From an uncultured Clostridia bacterium (lineage in GTDB: Bacteria; Bacillota; Clostridia; Christensenellales; Pumilibacteraceae): a DNA stretch of 64,000 nt. How positions within the stretch are numbered: the stretch's first letter is position 1; the number at the start of each line of letters is the position of its first letter. This document shows positions 34,096 through 42,820 of this stretch, piece after piece. The notes under the pieces were generated by a model that saw only the letters and a program-made list of their open reading frames with translations, searched no databases and had not been told where the DNA came from. Location: NCBI GenBank assembly GCA_948440265.1, contig CAOJOK010000007.1, forward strand, positions 658 to 64,657, written 5' to 3'. Position numbers and translations under genes: made by a program.

Positions 34096-35360
34096 TTATT
34101 CTCTCCTTCCTTATACAGATAGCAAGCCACGCTGTGCGTATCCGATACCTTTATCATAGGCGGAAAGTCGCCCGTGCATTTTTCGCAACGGCGATTGCAC
34201 CTATCCGCGAAGTAGCAGGTGGACGGCATATTTATGGGGTTGGGGACGTTGCCCGGGATATTGTAAAGGCGGTCTACGTCCTTGCCGACTACGGGTTTGC
34301 TCTTTTGCAGTCCGACCGTGTAGGGGTGCAGAGGGTTGTCGAATATCTCCTGCACGGTGCCTTTCTCCACTATTCTGCCTGCGTACATTACCACCACATA
34401 GTCCACCATTTCCGCTATGACGCCCAAATCGTGCGTTATGAGCATTATGCTTCCGCTTATCTTATGCTTGACTTCGCGCAGTAAATCGAGTATCTGCGCC
34501 TGAATGGTGACGTCGAGCGCGGTGGTCGGCTCGTCCGCGATTATCAGCTTGGGGTTGCAGCACAGCGCCATTGCAATCATAACGCGCTGTCTCATACCGC
34601 CCGACAGTTCGTGCGGATAGGACTTATAAACGTGCTCCGGCATTGCTATGCCGACCAGCGACAGCATTTCTATGCTCTTTGCCTTTGCCTGTTCTTTGGT
34701 TGCGCCGTTGACGTGCAAGAGCGTCACTTCGTCGAGCTGGTAGCCGACCGTGAACACGGGGTTCAGGCTGGTCATAGGCTCTTGGAAAATCATTGCTATT
34801 TCCCGACCGCGTATGTGCGACATCTCCGACATCGGCAGTTTGGCTATGTCCAGCACTTCGTCGTGCTGTTCGTATTTATTCACCATTTTGGGCTTGCCCG
34901 ACTTTGTGAGCACAGTCTCTCTCGTCACGTTGCCGTCGGCGTCCGTGACCTCTCTCGTCATAGGCTCTTTGCCGACGAGTTTTCTGACATTGGAACGGAA
35001 GCGGATACTGCCGTCCACAATCTGCCCCATAGGCGCCTGTATGAGCCGCATAAGCGACATACTCGTGACCGACTTTCCGCAGCCGCTTTCTCCGACTATG
35101 CCGACGGTGGAGCCTTGCGGTATTTCGAAAGAAACGCCGTTGACTGCCTTGACCACGCCGCGGTCGGTGTAGAAATAAGTATGCAGGTTTTCGAACTCCA
35201 CGACGTTGTCGGGGTTTTTCATTTCCGTGACATAGTCGTCCCTTGTATACGCCTTATTGCGCTTATTCAGCTCCTTTATGGCTTTGGCGTTGTCTTTGGC
35301 GATTTGGTTGGACTCCTGTCCCGATATGTAATGTTTGTTCTTTTCTTTCTTCATAATCAC
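34092..35360 (-). CDS. oppD: Oligopeptide ABC transporter ATP-binding protein with N-terminal extension and internal insertion
   Basis: 422 aa. [29 protein letters not shown] and a C-terminal Cys cluster. About 45 extra aa lie between Walker A and IAMIFQEP. The start is GTG 35360 (GTGA overlap) or ATG 35354. Confidence 0.88.
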   Translation of the reverse strand: MIMKKEKNKHYISGQESNQIAKDNAKAIKELNKRNKAYTRDDYVTEMKNPDNVVEFENLHTYFYTDRGVVKAVNGVSFEIPQGSTVGIVGESGCGKSVTSMSLMRLIQAPMGQIVDGSIRFRSNVRKLVGKEPMTREVTDADGNVTRETVLTKSGKPKMVNKYEQHDEVLDIAKLPMSEMSHIRGREIAMIFQEPMTSLNPVFTVGYQLDEVTLLHVNGATKEQAKAKSIEMLSLVGIAMPEHVYKSYPHELSGGMRQRVMIAMALCCNPKLIIADEPTTALDVTIQAQILDLLREVKHKISGSIMLITHDLGVIAEMVDYVVVMYAGRIVEKGTVQEIFDNPLHPYTVGLQKSKPVVGKDVDRLYNIPGNVPNPINMPSTCYFADRCNRRCEKCTGDFPPMIKVSDTHSVACYLYKEGENK

Positions 35361-37027
35361 TTACTCGATTTCGGGTCGAACGCGTCGCGCAGTCCGTCGC
35401 CGATAAAGTTAAACGCCAGCACGGCTATTATTATACAGATACCCGGCGCTATCCAAAGGTTCGGATAGTAGTTCAGCACGGTATTGTTTGCCGCTCCGCT
35501 TATCATATTGCCCCAGGTGGCGTATGCGTTCGGCAAGCCGATTCCGAGATAGCCGAGCGTGGCTTCCGTCAGTATTATTCCGCCGAGTCCGAGCGTCATA
35601 GACACTATCAACTGCGGCATTACGTTGGGTATCAGATGTTTGATTATCTTATGCCGCACGGGCAAGCCGCTGGCTTCCGCGCTTAACATAAACTCCTGCT
35701 CGCGCAGTGACAGAATCTGTCCGCGCACGAGCCGCGCCGTGCCCGACCAGCCGAACAGCGTCAGCATTGCCATCATTGTGTATAGTCGCGGCACGTCTGC
35801 CATTCCCTGCTGTTGCAGGGCGACGCCGACTATCATCAGCATAGGGAACGTGGGAATACAGTTGAACACGTCCACTATACGCATTATTATCTGGTCCACC
35901 CACTTGCCGAAATAGCCCGCAAGTCCGCCGAAAAGTACGCCGAGCAGAGTTTCCAATATGACGACGACAAAGCCTATCGTAAGCGATATTCTGCCGCCGT
36001 ACATCAGTCTGCTGAACACGTCGTATCCCATAGAGTCGGTGCCGAGCCAGTGTCTGCCCGACGGCGGCAGGTAGGTCACTTTCGGCGTGAACGTCACGAC
36101 GTATATCGTTATCGGATTTCCGTCTTCGTCCAGCACGTCTTTGCCGTTTTCGTCGGTCAGCGTTATCGGCGTGGTGTATTCGGTTATGACCGCGTGAGCT
36201 TCGTCTTCTTTCTCCTGCTCTCCCCACACGAACGGCAGAAATTGCAGGCACGGTCCCAAAAAGGAAAATGCAAAGAGCACTATCAGCATTATCAGTCCCG
36301 TCATAGACAGCTTGGAACGGAAGAACCGTTTGAGCACAAGTCTGGTCGGCGACAGCGAACGCGACGTGACCGTTTCTATATCCACGGCGTCCGTTTTTTC
36401 GCCGCCGTCCTGCGTTATATTCGCGGTTTCGGCCTGCGCGGTCGTTTCTCCGTTTGCGGCTTCTATCGCCGCGGTTTCGGTTGCGGCTTCGGGTTGAGCC
36501 TGTGTTTCTTTTGCCGTTTCAACGGTTTCCGCCGCCGCAATTTCGGCTGTCGCCGTCTGCTCGGCTGAAAGTACGGTCTTGTCCGTTTCGGGCGTTTGAG
36601 GCTCGATTTCGGGCGTTTGCACCGTGTTTGCCGTTTCGGGTTCTGCGGTTTTCACCGACGGCTCTTTTGCCGCAGTCTTTGCCGAGGTCGACTTTGCGGT
36701 TCTTGTCTGCGTTGTTTTCTTCGCGGCTGTCGTTTTGGCGGCGGTTGTTTTCGCCGCAGTCTTTGCCGTTGTTTTCGACGTTGTTTTCTTCGTGCCGTCC
36801 GCTTTTGCCGAAGCGGCGGAAGCCGTCTTTTTCGCGGACGAAGTCTTTGCCGCAGACGCGGTTTTTTTCGTCGCCGTGCCTGTCGACGCCGTCTTTTTCG
36901 CGGCGGTCGTTTTCGCGCCCGACGACTTTGCCGTCGTCTTTTTCGCGGCGGTCGTTTTCGGCGTTTTTGCCGCAGGCGTTTTTTCCTCGGCCGAAGGAAT
37001 TATGTCTTTGTTTTCTTTCTCTTCCAT
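35357..37027 (-). CDS. oppC: Opp-type ABC permease with ~230-aa low-complexity N-terminal extension
   Basis: The C-terminal ~320 aa are a BPD_transp_1 permease preceded by an OppC_N-like helix (RFFRSKLSMTGLIMLIVLF). The N-terminus is A/K/T-rich, then E/T/A/Q-rich. Start reset to ATG 37027, with AAGGAGG 5 nt upstream. Confidence 0.85.
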   Translation of the reverse strand: MEEKENKDIIPSAEEKTPAAKTPKTTAAKKTTAKSSGAKTTAAKKTASTGTATKKTASAAKTSSAKKTASAASAKADGTKKTTSKTTAKTAAKTTAAKTTAAKKTTQTRTAKSTSAKTAAKEPSVKTAEPETANTVQTPEIEPQTPETDKTVLSAEQTATAEIAAAETVETAKETQAQPEAATETAAIEAANGETTAQAETANITQDGGEKTDAVDIETVTSRSLSPTRLVLKRFFRSKLSMTGLIMLIVLFAFSFLGPCLQFLPFVWGEQEKEDEAHAVITEYTTPITLTDENGKDVLDEDGNPITIYVVTFTPKVTYLPPSGRHWLGTDSMGYDVFSRLMYGGRISLTIGFVVVILETLLGVLFGGLAGYFGKWVDQIIMRIVDVFNCIPTFPMLMIVGVALQQQGMADVPRLYTMMAMLTLFGWSGTARLVRGQILSLREQEFMLSAEASGLPVRHKIIKHLIPNVMPQLIVSMTLGLGGIILTEATLGYLGIGLPNAYATWGNMISGAANNTVLNYYPNLWIAPGICIIIAVLAFNFIGDGLRDAFDPKSSK

Positions 37028-37041
37028 TTCTTCCTCCTTTG

Positions 37042-38514
37042 TCACCTACCGAGTTTGACGCGCGGGTCTACCGCGGCATACATCAGGTCGCTTAACAGCG
37101 TGCCCAAAACCGTGAGTATGGCTATGAACATATTGTAGCCCATTATGAAAGGTATGTCGGCGACCATAAGCGCGTCGTACGCCATTTTGCCGATACCGGG
37201 GATACTGAATACCGTTTCGGTTATCATAGCTCCGCCGAACAGGCTCGGCAATATTCCTGCGAGCATTGTCACGAGCGGTATCAATGTGTTTCTGAAAGCG
37301 TGCTTGTATATGACGGTATGTTCGCTTACGCCCTTGGCGCGCGCCGTCCTTATATAGTCGGTGTTCAGCACTTCCAAAGTATTGGTTCTCGTATAGCGCA
37401 TCAAGCCGCCGATTGACAGTATTACGAGTACGGTCATCGGCAGTACCATATGCCACAGAAGGTCGAGCGCGGACATTATCCAAGGCGTGCCGACGGGCAG
37501 TGACCCGACTGCGCCCGATACGGGGAACCAGCCGAACTGCACGGCGAACACCCTGATAAACAGCGACGCCAAGAAGAACGTCGGCAGGCTTATGCCTATC
37601 ATAGCGAACACGGTGACCGTGTAATCTATTACGCCGTATTGGTTTGTAGCCGCCTTTATTCCGAGCGGTATGGCAATCAGAAACTGCAATATCGTGGCGA
37701 CGAGCGCGATGCCGAAGGACAGTCCCATATTCTTCATTATGACTTCGCCGACGGGGCGTTTATACTTGAACGACATTCCCAAATCGCCGCGAATCAGATT
37801 GAACAGCCAAGTGAAGTAGCCGACGAACATTGCGCCGAGTTTGTCCCAGAAGGAAGCGACGCGGTAATTCAGCGACGCCGCCGCGGTCTTTCCGTCCGTG
37901 GACAGGGTTATCGCCGCATTGCCCGCGGCGTCCACTTCGAGCGTGAACGTGCCTTTTTCTTTCAGCGTGAGTTCTTCGTCCAGCGTTATTATCTTGTCGG
38001 ATTCTTCTTCGCTCTCTTCTCCGTCTTCTCCCACGTCGGTTACGGTGCTTCCCCTTTCCACGACGGTGTATATCTCATAGCCGCCGTCCGCACGGAAATA
38101 CAGGCGCAAATTTCCTTTAGCGTCGTAAGAGTCGACCAGCCAATTCATATACGCTTCTTTCAGCGCGTCGGCGGTCGCGTCGCTCATCGTTCCGTCTTCT
38201 TCGAAAATCTTGTAGATATCGACGTCGTTTTTATCTTCCTGCGTGGTCTTTTTCGTAAAGCGCGTGCCGCTGTATGCGCTGCTTTCGCCCGGGGTGACAT
38301 ATAGATAGGCGTCGGGCATAGACAGTCCGTATATCTCCTTTATTCTGTCCACGTCCGCCTGCGTCATCGTGCCCTGCGCGAGTGCGCCCGAATATTGATT
38401 GTCGATGAAATTCGTGGGCATCATTCGCGCAAGCAGATAGATTATGACAGACACGCCGAACAGAATGAATACGGAAAGCAGTAGGCGTTTTACTATGTAC
38501 TTGAAAGTCTGCAA
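37042..38514 (-). CDS. oppB: Opp-type ABC permease with enlarged first extracytoplasmic loop
   Basis: 490 aa. TTG start with GGAAGGA upstream. N-terminus KYIVKRLLLSVFILFGVSVIIYLL is OppB-like. About 190 aa lie between TM1 and the next TM. The permease core runs through ...YIRTARAKGVSEHTVIYKHAFRN. Confidence 0.85.
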   Translation of the reverse strand: MQTFKYIVKRLLLSVFILFGVSVIIYLLARMMPTNFIDNQYSGALAQGTMTQADVDRIKEIYGLSMPDAYLYVTPGESSAYSGTRFTKKTTQEDKNDVDIYKIFEEDGTMSDATADALKEAYMNWLVDSYDAKGNLRLYFRADGGYEIYTVVERGSTVTDVGEDGEESEEESDKIITLDEELTLKEKGTFTLEVDAAGNAAITLSTDGKTAAASLNYRVASFWDKLGAMFVGYFTWLFNLIRGDLGMSFKYKRPVGEVIMKNMGLSFGIALVATILQFLIAIPLGIKAATNQYGVIDYTVTVFAMIGISLPTFFLASLFIRVFAVQFGWFPVSGAVGSLPVGTPWIMSALDLLWHMVLPMTVLVILSIGGLMRYTRTNTLEVLNTDYIRTARAKGVSEHTVIYKHAFRNTLIPLVTMLAGILPSLFGGAMITETVFSIPGIGKMAYDALMVADIPFIMGYNMFIAILTVLGTLLSDLMYAAVDPRVKLGR

Positions 38515-38597
38515 TGTGTTTCCTTCCTTTTATTTATCCGCCCTATCCGCCCCCCTTTTAAACGAGAGAGCGGACAAGTCGGAAAGCGTCAGATTTA

Positions 38598-41270
38598 TCA
38601 GTTATAGTTTACTTCCCAGATACGAGAGAACAGACCGTTATACGGCGAGCGTTCCTTTTCGGGAGTGAGCGTGGTTTCGTCTATGAGTTCCGCGTTGTAA
38701 GCCGTCATATCCTTTCTCTGATAAGTCGGCATTTCCACGGCAAGCTCCATAACGATGTCCAGCGCCGTCTTGTATATGTCCTTGCGCTCGTCTTCGTCGT
38801 CGGTGTCTCTGCCTGCGTCTATGTAACGGCTCAATTCTTCGATGAGCGACTGTTCGGTGGAGTACACGTTGGCGTTCGCCTTTATCTGCTTATAGCCCCA
38901 GTTGTTGACCGAAGTAGCCTTGGAATCCTTATGGTAGACCTGATACATATCGGGGTCGACGGTGGACGACCAAGCGGCTGCCCACACTTCGAGTTTGCCC
39001 GTCGTCAAGTCGCTCAACGCCGTTTCGGACTTAACGACTTTGACGGCGAAGCCGTGGTCGTTCAGCACCTTCATTGCGTTTAAGAACATATTGTATGCGG
39101 GGTGGTCGTCGCTTTTGCCTGCTATCGTGAACTTATAGTCCAGCTTATCTTCGCCGAAGCCCGCTATCGTCTTTGTGTATACGCCGTCGCTGCCCTTGAC
39201 ATAGCCTGCGTCTTCCACGAGCTTTTCTATCTCCGTGCCGAGCTGGTCATAGTTGTACTTCGTGCCGTCGCGGCTGGTGTATACCGTTGCGCCCTTGGGG
39301 TATGCCCAGGACGTCGTGGACATCGGGCGGTATATGAGTTCGGCAAGGTTATTCTGGTAGTACTCGTTGGTGATTATCTTCGTATTCATTGCCTTCATTA
39401 TCGCGCGGCGGACGTTGATGTTGGGAACGAAACGGGGGTTTATGCCCACATAGCCGTAACCGTTTGTGTAAATCTCCTTGTGCGCTATGCCGGAGTCGTC
39501 CAGTTTTTTGATGTTTTCCACGGTGCCGTTGGGGTCGCCCACGTCGATTTCCTTGGTGGAAATGGAGTTGATGACCTGGTCGGTGTCTACGACGCGATAA
39601 CGGAAATATTTGATTTTGGCGTTTTCTATGCCCTTTCCGAGCGTGTTGTAATAGGGGTTGCGCTCGTAATAAATCATATTAAGGTTGTCGAATTCCGAAC
39701 CGCTCTTTGCCGCGCCGCCGTTTTTCGTGGACGCCATATAGACGCCTGCGCCGAGAGGCAGGTCGATTTTATCGGAGGAGTTGAGCACCTTGTTCATAAA
39801 GTCGATGTCGCTGAACTCCAAGCCGAATTCGCCCTTGTCCGCGTCGAAGGTTTCGACATAGTTTTTCGTTTCGCCTTTCTTGTTCTTGTACACGCCGGAA
39901 TAGTAATGAAGCGGAGCGACGGTGAACGCGAAGTTCCATATCGCTTTCGGGTCTATTCCGTTTATCGTTATCGACAGCACGGAGTGTGCTTCGCCGAGGC
40001 TGTTGCCGTGATAGTCGCTTGTCACGCTGTCTTCGACCTTTATGCCGCTTATGCTTTTGACCGCTCTGCCCTGCGCCGCGAAATAGTCGGACTTGGCGTC
40101 CGCCGCGAACGTGTTGAGCATTTTGTCGGCGGTCTGCCAATAGCGGATTACGCGCTCGAAGCTGTTGGCTTCGGTCTTGGCAATCGAGTTGTCTATGCGG
40201 TCGGCGTCGAACGCGTGCTCGTCATAGTCGAATATATCGGTCACTGCCGTCGGGAAATAGGAATAATAAACGAAGTTGACCGCCCATTCCTTTACGGCTT
40301 CGACGTCGGTCGCCTGCTTGTTATGCAAGGTCAGATATTCGTCCAAAATCTCCTTGTACTGCGCGGCGCTGTCTGCGTCGAGCTGGAAATTGCCGTCCTT
40401 ATCCTTTATGTATTTGCCGTCGACGTCGGTTGCGAGAAGCTCCGTAAATCCGCCGTCGTTGAGCAAAAACACCTGCCAAGCTTCGGTGAACTTCCAATCC
40501 TTGTAGGACTCCATACTGCCCGTCGTGGAGTTCCAATCGCTGTACAGCTCTTCGCGGAACTCTTTGGCGACAGCCGTATAGTCGGCTTTGAATTCTTTTT
40601 TCTCGTCGTCCGTCCAACGGTCGGTCGGCTTCGGCGACGTGGACGTGCCGACATAGGAGCCGAATGCACGCATAAACTCTACGATATTGTCCACGCGCGT
40701 TCTCGCGTCGTTGACGAAGCTTTCTTCGAACGTTTCATAGAATTTGTCGGTTGCGTTCGGGTTTTGCGTGCGATATTCTTTAAGACCGACTATATCGGTG
40801 GAATAAATCGTCGCGGAGCCTGTGTAAACGGGGTCGAGATAGACATACAGATTGAACAGCACGTCTTTTATCGTGAGCGGCTCTCCGTCCGAAAACTTTA
40901 TGCCGTTCTTGATTATAAATTCGTATTTGGTCGTGTCGTCCTTATCGTTGTAGGTCTTCTGCCAATCCTTTACGACGACGGGCTCGTTATCGCCGCAGAC
41001 GGGCGAACCCTCCTTATCGGTGTTTAACATCGATATCTGCGTCATTCCGAGCACGGTGCTGTCGTAACCCGAAGTCGAGAAAAACGGGTTATACACGCCG
41101 TCGGGCTGGGAAATGCTCATAACAAGCGGTCTGGTTTCGGGGTCATATTTCTGCTCTTTGGGTCCCGGCGTCGGCTCGGGCGTTTTGCCGCAAGCCGCAA
41201 CGGCGGTCAGCATAAGCACTGCCAAAAGTGCGGAAACTATTGCCGTCAAACATTTTCTTAACGATTTCAT
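38598..41270 (-). CDS. Very large family-5 (OppA/DppA-like) solute-binding lipoprotein
   Basis: 890 aa. Lipobox AVAACG. SBP_bac_5-like stretches (PDGVYNPFFSTSGYDSTVLGMTQISML; FSDGEPLTIKDVLFNL; NPRFVPNINVRRAIMKAM). Confidence 0.8.
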   Translation of the reverse strand: MKSLRKCLTAIVSALLAVLMLTAVAACGKTPEPTPGPKEQKYDPETRPLVMSISQPDGVYNPFFSTSGYDSTVLGMTQISMLNTDKEGSPVCGDNEPVVVKDWQKTYNDKDDTTKYEFIIKNGIKFSDGEPLTIKDVLFNLYVYLDPVYTGSATIYSTDIVGLKEYRTQNPNATDKFYETFEESFVNDARTRVDNIVEFMRAFGSYVGTSTSPKPTDRWTDDEKKEFKADYTAVAKEFREELYSDWNSTTGSMESYKDWKFTEAWQVFLLNDGGFTELLATDVDGKYIKDKDGNFQLDADSAAQYKEILDEYLTLHNKQATDVEAVKEWAVNFVYYSYFPTAVTDIFDYDEHAFDADRIDNSIAKTEANSFERVIRYWQTADKMLNTFAADAKSDYFAAQGRAVKSISGIKVEDSVTSDYHGNSLGEAHSVLSITINGIDPKAIWNFAFTVAPLHYYSGVYKNKKGETKNYVETFDADKGEFGLEFSDIDFMNKVLNSSDKIDLPLGAGVYMASTKNGGAAKSGSEFDNLNMIYYERNPYYNTLGKGIENAKIKYFRYRVVDTDQVINSISTKEIDVGDPNGTVENIKKLDDSGIAHKEIYTNGYGYVGINPRFVPNINVRRAIMKAMNTKIITNEYYQNNLAELIYRPMSTTSWAYPKGATVYTSRDGTKYNYDQLGTEIEKLVEDAGYVKGSDGVYTKTIAGFGEDKLDYKFTIAGKSDDHPAYNMFLNAMKVLNDHGFAVKVVKSETALSDLTTGKLEVWAAAWSSTVDPDMYQVYHKDSKATSVNNWGYKQIKANANVYSTEQSLIEELSRYIDAGRDTDDEDERKDIYKTALDIVMELAVEMPTYQRKDMTAYNAELIDETTLTPEKERSPYNGLFSRIWEVNYN

Positions 41271-41284
41271 TATTCTTCTCCTTT

Positions 41285-42439
41285 TTAAGGCTCTTGTTCT
41301 ATATCGATTGTATCGAAGTCACATTCCGTCAGCGTTACGCCCGAAAGCGACTTTTGCGTGCAAAGTCCGTATAACACGGCTTCACTGCCTTCGAAGATAG
41401 TGCCGCGCCGAATTCTGCCGTTTACCACTTTTACCCTTTCCAGCTTCGCGCCCGAGTCTATTCGCCAAGCAAACAGAGCCGCCTGCGTCGGAAGTTTGGC
41501 AACGGTATTTACCGTTACGGTCATATTTTCGAACGTCAAATCTCTTATGTGAGAGCGTGCGCCCAACCGTCCGAAAAAGCCCATCATTTCGCCGCTGTTT
41601 ATTTCGGTGGACAGCGCGACGTCGAGATTTTTCAGTTTGTGTTTATTGCCGTTGATTTCGCCGTTGAACGCGAGCTTGGTCTTTGTAAACTTATAGTCCG
41701 TGAAGTCTATGTCGGCGTCCACATAAATCTTTGCTGTCGCGTGGTAAGCCTTATGGAACTCGTCCGCGGTACTCACTATCGACCAATTTTCGCCGTCTAT
41801 GAAACGGGCGTATATCACGACGTCCTGCTCCCCCAACGTGAACGGGAAAGAGAACGGCTCGGTCATATTTTCGTCCTTGTAATAGCCGTAAAACGTATGT
41901 CCCGACCAAGTAGGCGGCACGGGCAGAAAGCGCTGCTGCGTGACCTTTGTGCCTTTCGTGTAGTTGCTTGTCTTCTGAACTTTTCCGTCGTACACGAGCG
42001 AGACGGACGGTTTGACTTCCAGCAATGCATACAGCGTTATATCCGAAGTCACGACGTCTACGTTGAAATTCCAGCGTCTGTCCAGAACGGGTCTGCCGTC
42101 GGGCGTCTTTTGCACGTTTCCGTCGGCATCGGTCTTTGCGGTGTACCAGCCCACCACTTCATAGCGGTTTATCTGCCGCTCCTTGAAGTCGGAGCTGTTG
42201 TAGAGCTTATTGCTCGGCTTTACGGGCTGCATTATCTTTTTGCCTTCAAACGCGCCGAGATATTGGTCTTCGTAAACTTCGCCCTGCACGTCGAGACCGA
42301 CGGTGTTATAGTTGAAAGTCACGAGATAATCATAGTGCGCCGCATTGGACGACGAGCACCCCGAACAGCCCGTCAAAACAAGCGACAGGCAGGCAACGGA
42401 GCTTATTATCAATAGCAGTGTAAACAGTTTTCTTTTCAT
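41285..42439 (-). CDS. Lipoprotein with Flg_new repeats and a GLUG-type module
   Basis: 384 aa. Lipobox LVLTGC. YEVVGWYTAKTD...ITLYALL and HTFYGYYKDENMTEPF are Flg_new-like. FNGEINGNKHKLKNL...MGFFGRL...IRDLTFENMTV resembles the GLUG / beta-helix adhesin pattern. Confidence 0.7.
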   Translation of the reverse strand: MKRKLFTLLLIISSVACLSLVLTGCSGCSSSNAAHYDYLVTFNYNTVGLDVQGEVYEDQYLGAFEGKKIMQPVKPSNKLYNSSDFKERQINRYEVVGWYTAKTDADGNVQKTPDGRPVLDRRWNFNVDVVTSDITLYALLEVKPSVSLVYDGKVQKTSNYTKGTKVTQQRFLPVPPTWSGHTFYGYYKDENMTEPFSFPFTLGEQDVVIYARFIDGENWSIVSTADEFHKAYHATAKIYVDADIDFTDYKFTKTKLAFNGEINGNKHKLKNLDVALSTEINSGEMMGFFGRLGARSHIRDLTFENMTVTVNTVAKLPTQAALFAWRIDSGAKLERVKVVNGRIRRGTIFEGSEAVLYGLCTQKSLSGVTLTECDFDTIDIEQEP

Positions 42440-42470
42440 TCGATATCCGATTTAAATTTGAAATATAATT

Positions 42471-42725
42471 TCAGTGCAACCAAAGAAATATCAGCAGTGC
42501 GGTTATGCCGAAGCCTGCCACAATCAGCAAAAGACGCGGCAGCATTACGGCGAACATTGCCTTTCTCATAGCGCGCCTTTCGGCTTTCGTAACTTCGACC
42601 TTGGCTTTCTTTTCCGTCCGTTTGGACGCGAAAATACGGCGGTAGAACGGCAATTCGTCCCCGTTCATAGGAGCGATTACTCTGCCGTCGTCCCAATCGT
42701 CGCGACTGACCTTTTTCTTCTTCAT
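42471..42725 (-). CDS. Small basic tail-anchored membrane protein
   Basis: 84 aa from ATG 42725, with AGGAAACAGG upstream. K/R-rich N-terminus and a single C-terminal TM (LLLIVAGFGITALLIFLWL). Confidence 0.5.
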   Translation of the reverse strand: MKKKKVSRDDWDDGRVIAPMNGDELPFYRRIFASKRTEKKAKVEVTKAERRAMRKAMFAVMLPRLLLIVAGFGITALLIFLWLH

Positions 42726-42820
42726 TGCACCTGTTTCCTTTCGGGATAAATTTTTGCCGCGCGGCGGCGGCATTACCGCCGCCTTGACGACAAACTGTGT
42801 TTTTGCATTTAAATTCTATA

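Noticed and set aside
36454-37138. Three overlapping plus-strand ORFs (144-213 aa) with striking R/F/C/S-rich low-complexity repeats.
   Set aside because: They are the antisense reading of the A/K/T- and E/T/A-rich codon repeats in the oppC N-terminal extension. The sense frame is continuous with a bona fide permease domain and has a perfect AAGGAGG RBS.
38515-38597. Possible attenuator or terminator hairpin between the SBP gene and oppB, which is common in opp operons.
   Set aside because: Only a 5-bp stem (TCCGC/GCGGA) with a ~20-nt loop and no T-tract could be drawn, which is not convincing.
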